Shown here in pieces: positions 48,633 through 53,434 of a stretch of 53,434 bases of DNA; position 1 is the first letter of the stretch; each line of letters starts with the position of its first letter. The position numbers and the translations under genes are program-made. The stretch covers positions 1-53,434 of the forward strand of contig CAZJCR010000003.1 of assembly GCA_964544385.1 (NCBI GenBank), in the 5' to 3' direction. The notes below the pieces were generated by a model. That model was given only the letters and a program-made list of their open reading frames with translations. It made no database searches and was not told the origin of the DNA. Source of the DNA: an uncultured Bacteroidales bacterium. Lineage in GTDB: Bacteria; Bacteroidota; Bacteroidia; Bacteroidales; SZUA-534.

Positions 48633-48824
48633 AATAAATAATTTATAGATTAAGGAATGATAGCCTGCCCCGATACCATGGGTGAACAACTAGGTAGGAA
48701 ATTTTATTGCATGTGTGTTTGTGTTTTTCTAAGCATAGGTGTTTCATCTGTTTTTTTTAGTTGGTTTAATGCAGCTATGATGTTGTTGTATTAATTTAGG
48801 TTGCAAGTAAAAATAATATTGTAA

Positions 48825-48859
48825 AAAAGGTTTGATGCTTTTTTTGCATCAAACCTTTT
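48825..48859. terminator. Bidirectional rho-independent terminator
   Basis: aaaaGGTTTGATGCtttttttGCATCAAACCtttt: perfect 14-bp stem (including A-T extension), A/T runs on both sides. It lies just beyond repeat copy H relative to the LRR gene. Confidence 0.8.
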
Positions 48860-48862
48860 AAT

Positions 48863-49004
48863 ACCCAAATTTTGCGATTAGCTCAATCGATTTATATTTT
48901 GTAAGTATTACACTATACTTCGCATGTGAAACACAACAAACTCTACATCGGGGTTATACCTAAGTTGAGCGTTTGTTCGTTTAGCTCCAAACGCTCAACT
49001 TAGG
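48863..49004 (+). repeat. Three-hairpin intergenic repeat, copy H (full length; hairpin 3 a perfect 16-bp stem)
   Basis: acccaaattttgcgattagctcaatcgatttatattttgtaagtattacactatacttcgcatgtgaaacacaacaaactctacatcggggttataCCTAAGTTGAGCGTTTgttcgtttagctccAAACGCTCAACTTAGG. Confidence 0.85.
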
Positions 49005-49013
49005 TAATAATGT

Positions 49014-49040
49014 AACCAACATTGAGCAATTAGCTCAATT
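49014..49040 (+). repeat. Solo left-end/hairpin-1 fragment H' of the repeat
   Basis: aaccaacattgagcaattagctcaatt, compared with the consensus left end aacccaaattgagcNNNNgctcaat. It lies 4 nt from the LRR gene stop codon. Confidence 0.55.
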
Positions 49041-49043
49041 GTT

Positions 49044-52000
49044 TTAGTTTTTAATAAACTTAATAATATTATTATCGACTTTTAAAATATAAACTCCATG
49101 TTTTAGGTGTTCGATATTTAAAGGCTCGCCCGGTTGCAATGTACCCGATAATACCTTTACCCCTGTAATGCTGTAAATATTAATAATTTGGTTATTAACA
49201 AAACCGCTAATATTTAATTGGTTAGTAGCCGGGTTGGGGTAAACTGCAACATTTTGTTTGTTGTTGATATTTATGCCTACAAGTTTTTCGAATTTTGCCT
49301 CGACATAAACATTATAATCGGGCATAGTTAATTTACCATTTGTAATTTCAACCTCGGTATTATTATCGCGATTATAAGCACGCATACTGCCTTCGATAAA
49401 TTTGTAACCTGAGTTTGGTATTGCATCGAGTTGAACAACAGTACCAAGTGGCAGTAACCCATAACATGATGCATTTACCTGACCCATATCGTTTTGTAAA
49501 ATCTCGAGCTTGTAAAAATTATCGGTAGTGCTAATATTCCAGCCATACCATAAATTATCGGTGGTATTGCCGTCGTTAACTGCTTTGTATGCAAGGTAAG
49601 CATTATTAAGCTCATCGTCGAAAGCGTTAACTATTATAATATTACGCTGTGGTGCACAATTGTAAAAAATCCCATCGACAACCGGTGGTTTTACATTAAC
49701 AAAAATTTTGTTAAGTTTAACACAATCATCAAAAGCATGTATACAAATATGTGATACATTTTTTAGGTTTAACCACTCAATTGATGAACAGCCGTTAAAT
49801 GCATAGTGGTCAATATACTCGATATTAGGGCAATTTACAGTAGTTAATGACGAGCAGTTTTGGAAACAATATGATTGCAATGATTTAACTTTATTAAATG
49901 TAACCAATTCAATTGATGAACAGCCGTTAAATGCATAGTGGTCAATATACTCGATATTAGGGCAATTTACAGTAGTTAATGACGAACAGTTTTGGAAACA
50001 ACCATAAGGTAAAATAATTACTTTATTAAAAGTAACCGATTTGAGCGAAGAACATTGCGAAAATACATTTTTTGGTAAAGTGATAATATTTGAAATATCG
50101 ACAAACTGAATATTGTTATTAAAAAGTGCTGAATTAAACGGTGGCATTTGATCATTTATTTCCACTGTGTCGACAATCGAAAAATTGATAATGTTAGTTA
50201 GTTTATTACGGATATCGAAAAGATACCACCAGTCGGCTGTATTAAAATTTCCGCCTGTAATTTTTAACGAGCTAATATTAGTTAAATCAACATTAAACAA
50301 AGCACTTTCGAGCGAAAAGCCCCGGATATTTAAAGTATCATTTATCGATACATTAAAAATACGTGTTTTAAATTTTACAAAAAGTACAATATTTTCGGCA
50401 GGCATAACAAACGAGTTGTTTTTAATTGGCACAATTAGTCCGGTTTGAGTTGTATACCAGGCACTATCGAAAAGCGAATATTGAAAAGATGTAACGGTAA
50501 AATTAACAGTTTGGCCACTTAAAGCGTATTTACTTATGTTAACAAAGTCGTTACCAACACTCTCGTCGAGTGTAATTGTATAATAATCATGTCCGAGTTG
50601 CCAACCATACCAATTTTGATTGGTTGTATCGCCATCGTTAACTGCTTTATACTTATTAATAACTTCAATACGTTCTGCAATCTGGAGTTCCTTGCCTAAG
50701 GTGTCAACAGGCACAAGTAACCTGTTTATTGAATTGTTGAAGAAAGCATAATTGCCAACTGTTGGCGGGTTTTGGCCTGCCATAAGGTTCGAGAGCATTT
50801 GGCAATCATCAAAAGCCAATCTGCCAATATTCAAAATTCGTGGTATATTAACAGTTGTTAACTTATTACACGATTCGAAAGCAGATTCGTTAATATTATT
50901 AACATTAGGCATTTTTATATTGGTAAGTAATTTGCACGATGCAAAAGCATATTCACCAATACTTTTTACCGACTGTAAATTAACATGTTCGAGTGAAATA
51001 CAGCCAAAAAATGCATAATTATTAATAGTTGTTGCGCTGTAAAAGTTTATTGAAAAAAGACGGGTACATTGGGCAAAAGCGTACTCGCCAACAGTTTTTA
51101 CACTGTTTAATTCAATATTTTGTAAGTTACTACAACCATATAATGCATGGTTATTAATAAAACTTACATTACCGGCGCTAAACTTTGTAAGCGAACGGCA
51201 TAAATAAAATGCAGATGAACCAATTGTTGTAGCCCCGCTAAAACTGGCTTCGGTTAAGGCTGTACAATTATTAAAAGCATTATTGCCAATATAAGTTGCT
51301 TTTGCTACACTAATATATTGCAATTTGTTGTTAAACAGCGGATTGTCATCGTAAGTGTCAGGCAAATTGGCCACAAGTGACAAGTTATATGAGATAATAA
51401 AATTAGTAAGATTGGTTAGCTTATTTTTATTAGCACGAAGCCATAGCCAGTCAGTATTCATAAAAATTCCGCCGGTTACTTCAAGTTTGTTTATTGTAGC
51501 CGGGTTAGTATTGGCAAGAGCACTGGCTAATGTTAACCCGTTTAACTGCAAGGTGTCGTTAACAGTAACAAAAACTTCGTTTTTTGGAAAATAAGCATTA
51601 AGGGTAATATTACAACCTGGCATTGTAAAGGAGTTCCCTGATATAATTTCTGTATCGCCATTTGGTGTTGTGTACCAGGCATAGGCAAATGCATAACCAC
51701 TTGCCGGTAATGCTGTATAAGTAACATCAACATCGGCAACACAATATTTTTCAACATCAATTGTACCATTAGTTATTGTGTTGTCTAATGTAATAGAGTA
51801 AATATTATTACTTATAGTCCACCCATACCATAACGAGTCGTTGGTATTGCCATCGTCGTGGTTTATGTAGTTGTTAACAGCATTTTCCAAATCTTGCCCG
51901 GCAAGTAAAATACCATTTTGGTTAACAGGTATAATATAACGCGTAGCAGGGCAGTCGTAAAAAACATAAATTCCAACAGTTGGCGGGTTTTGGCCAACCA

Positions 52001-53434
52001 TAAAGGTTGATAGTTTATTGCAATAATTAAAAGCTCTATTTCCAATACCAGTAACCAAAGGAAAGTTTATTGTTTTTAACGATGTACAATTATAGAAGAC
52101 ATAATTACCAATAGCTTTTACCTTTGCTACACTAATATATTGCAGTTTGCTATTAAACAGTGGGTTGTTATTATCAGTATTGGGCAAATCGGCTACAAAA
52201 GTAAGATTGTTGGTGATAATAAAACCAGTAAGATTTGTTAGTATATTATTATTATCACGAAGCCACAACCAATCGGTACTTGTAAAAATTCCACCGGTTA
52301 CTTCAAGTTTGTTTATTGTAGCCGGGTTAGTATTGGCAAGAGCACTGGCTAATGTTAACCCGTTTAACTGCAAGGTGTCGTTAACAGTAACAAAAACTTC
52401 GTTTTTTGGAAAATAAGCATTAAGGGTAATATTACAACCTGGCATTGTAAAGGTATCGCCGGTAATAAATGTAGTGTCACCATCTGGTGTTGTGTACCAG
52501 GCATAGGCTAATGTATAACCATTTTCGGGTAATGGATTAAAAGTAATATCAATACCGGCAACGCAATATTTGGCAATATTTATTGTTCCATTAGTTATTG
52601 TGTTGTCTAAAGTAATAGAGTATATATTATTACTTACAGCCCACCCATACCATAACGAGTCGTTGGTATTGCCATCGTTGTAGTTTAAATAGTTGTTAAT
52701 AGTATTAGTGTAATCTTGCCCTGTTTGCAAAATACCATTTTGGTTAACAGGTATAATATAACGCGTAGCAGGGCAGTTGTAAAAAGCGTTACTCCCAACA
52801 GTTGGCGGGTTTTTGCCAACCATAAAGGTTGATAGTTTATTGCAATTACAAAAAGCCTCCACACCAATATTAGTAACTAAAGGGAAGTTTGCTGTTGTTA
52901 ATGATTCACAATCATAAAAAGCATACTGACCAATATTAGTAACCAAAGGGAAGTTTGCTGTTGTTAACCCTGTACAAAAGTAAAAAGCCTGATCACCAAT
53001 ACCAGTAACCAAAGGGAAGTTTGCTGTTGTTAACCCTGAACAATAACAAAAGGCTAATTTACCAATACTTGAAACTAATGGGAAGTTGGCGGTGATTAAC
53101 CCTGAACAATTATAAAAAGCATAATCAGCAATATTAGTAACTAAAGGGAAGTTTACTATTGTTAACCCTGTACAACTACGAAAAGCATAATCACCAATAG
53201 CTTTTACCTTTGCTACACTAATATATTGCAGTTTGTTATTAAACAGTGGGTTGTTATTATCAGTATTGGGCAAATCGGCTACAAAAGTAAGATTGTTGGT
53301 GATAATAAAACCAGTAAGATTTGTTAGTATATTATTATTATCACGAAGCCACAACCAATCGGTACTTGTAAAAATTCCACCGGTTACTTCAAGTTTGTTT
53401 ATTGTAGCCGGGTTAGTATTGGCAAGAGCACTGG
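49044..53434 (-). CDS. Giant modular BspA-type leucine-rich-repeat surface protein with Listeria/Bacteroides-repeat (Ig-like) domains and T9SS CTD; 5' end outside the window
   Basis: The track ORF is 1436 aa, but its first codon is a TTG Leu. The frame stays open to 53434 (…ASALANTNPATINKLEVTGGIFTSTDWLWLRD…). LRR units of about 22-23 aa (IGDYAFYNCSGLTTANFPLVT). Domains of the type YSITLDNTITNGTI...GYTLAYAWYTTPDGDT...FTMPGCNITLNAYF. C-terminal VYPNPATNQLNI...GVYILKVDNNIIKFIKN. Confidence 0.85.
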   Translation of the reverse strand, partial: SALANTNPATINKLEVTGGIFTSTDWLWLRDNNNILTNLTGFIITNNLTFVADLPNTDNNNPLFNNKLQYISVAKVKAIGDYAFRSCTGLTIVNFPLVTNIADYAFYNCSGLITANFPLVSSIGKLAFCYCSGLTTANFPLVTGIGDQAFYFCTGLTTANFPLVTNIGQYAFYDCESLTTANFPLVTNIGVEAFCNCNKLSTFMVGKNPPTVGSNAFYNCPATRYIIPVNQNGILQTGQDYTNTINNYLNYNDGNTNDSLWYGWAVSNNIYSITLDNTITNGTINIAKYCVAGIDITFNPLPENGYTLAYAWYTTPDGDTTFITGDTFTMPGCNITLNAYFPKNEVFVTVNDTLQLNGLTLASALANTNPATINKLEVTGGIFTSTDWLWLRDNNNILTNLTGFIITNNLTFVADLPNTDNNNPLFNSKLQYISVAKVKAIGNYVFYNCTSLKTINFPLVTGIGNRAFNYCNKLSTFMVGQNPPTVGIYVFYDCPATRYIIPVNQNGILLAGQDLENAVNNYINHDDGNTNDSLWYGWTISNNIYSITLDNTITNGTIDVEKYCVADVDVTYTALPASGYAFAYAWYTTPNGDTEIISGNSFTMPGCNITLNAYFPKNEVFVTVNDTLQLNGLTLASALANTNPATINKLEVTGGIFMNTDWLWLRANKNKLTNLTNFIISYNLSLVANLPDTYDDNPLFNNKLQYISVAKATYIGNNAFNNCTALTEASFSGATTIGSSAFYLCRSLTKFSAGNVSFINNHALYGCSNLQNIELNSVKTVGEYAFAQCTRLFSINFYSATTINNYAFFGCISLEHVNLQSVKSIGEYAFASCKLLTNIKMPNVNNINESAFESCNKLTTVNIPRILNIGRLAFDDCQMLSNLMAGQNPPTVGNYAFFNNSINRLLVPVDTLGKELQIAERIEVINKYKAVNDGDTTNQNWYGWQLGHDYYTITLDESVGNDFVNISKYALSGQTVNFTVTSFQYSLFDSAWYTTQTGLIVPIKNNSFVMPAENIVLFVKFKTRIFNVSINDTLNIRGFSLESALFNVDLTNISSLKITGGNFNTADWWYLFDIRNKLTNIINFSIVDTVEINDQMPPFNSALFNNNIQFVDISNIITLPKNVFSQCSSLKSVTFNKVIILPYGCFQNCSSLTTVNCPNIEYIDHYAFNGCSSIELVTFNKVKSLQSYCFQNCSSLTTVNCPNIEYIDHYAFNGCSSIEWLNLKNVSHICIHAFDDCVKLNKIFVNVKPPVVDGIFYNCAPQRNIIIVNAFDDELNNAYLAYKAVNDGNTTDNLWYGWNISTTDNFYKLEILQNDMGQVNASCYGLLPLGTVVQLDAIPNSGYKFIEGSMRAYNRDNNTEVEITNGKLTMPDYNVYVEAKFEKLVGININNKQNVAVYPNPATNQLNISGFVNNQIINIYSITGVKVLSGTLQPGEPLNIEHLKHGVYILKVDNNIIKFIKN
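49777..50005 (-). repeat. 132-nt (44-codon) tandem duplication inside the LRR gene
   Basis: 49777-49873 and 49909-50005 are identical except for one base. They encode CFQNCSSLTTVNCPNIEYIDHYAFNGCSSIE twice. Confidence 0.9.
51472..51631 (-). repeat. Module repeat M3 of the LRR gene (160 nt identical to 52294-52453)
   Basis: Offset of exactly 822 nt (274 codons). Flanks continue at roughly 80-90 percent identity by eye. Confidence 0.9.
52107..52453 (-). repeat. Module repeat M2 of the LRR gene
   Basis: 52107-52348 matches 53193-53434 (offset 1086 nt, 362 codons) with one mismatch seen. 52294-52453 matches M3. Confidence 0.9.
53193..53434 (-). repeat. Module repeat M1 of the LRR gene (truncated by the window edge)
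   Basis: Near-identical to 52107-52348. Confidence 0.9.

Noticed and set aside
43664-49040. Integron-like cassette array, with the 142-nt repeats acting as attC sites
   Set aside because: The intervening genes have mixed orientation and include core genes (asnA next to polA). No integrase is present. The candidate core sites (GTTAACC, GTTATAC) do not fit GTTRRRY. Similar copies also occur singly, 15-25 kb away.
19635-49040. CRISPR array interpretation of the repeats
   Set aside because: The units are about 142 nt rather than 24-48 nt. They are separated by whole genes at irregular kilobase spacing, one is inverted, and there are no cas genes.
1-53434. Impression that TCG/CGA-containing codons and ATCGAT/GTCGAC sites are unusually frequent for a low-GC genome
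   Set aside because: I cannot count k-mers reliably by eye. It needs a dinucleotide and codon-usage calculation against expectation before it means anything.

Overview
Low-GC chromosomal segment of Bacteroidota type, judged from type IX secretion (T9SS) genes, T9SS C-terminal sorting domains and exact TAnnTTTG -7 promoter boxes. I support about 40 protein genes. Most are housekeeping: an rplM-rpsI-rpsB-tsf-pyrH-frr block, polA, dxr, rseP, rdgB, recO, asnA, deoC, dtd, queD, pssA and comM/yifB. T9SS machinery is unusually dense: a PorV/PorQ-like barrel plus a PorU-like C25 peptidase, PorW/SprE-like, PorX and PorZ-like. There are at least three CTD-bearing cargo proteins: endonuclease I, the PorZ-like protein, and a modular LRR protein of more than 1,460 aa that runs off the right edge. 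I saw no rRNA, tRNA, CRISPR array, transposase, integrase, phage, restriction-modification or toxin-antitoxin genes, so I cannot support a novel protein-based system here. The main unexplained signal is non-coding. A 142-143 nt repeat with three hairpins occurs in 6 full and 3 partial copies between 19.6 and 49.0 kb, always intergenic, 8 of 9 in one orientation. It usually sits between a stop codon and a terminator. I cannot assign it to a known family from memory. It is a candidate MITE/REP/PATE-like element or 3'UTR RNA module. Secondary signals are a 138-nt imperfect hairpin with 9-bp-phased TCTGTG iterons, near-identical kilobase modules inside the LRR gene, and several ORF-track TTG starts that are really the TTG of a promoter -7 box.
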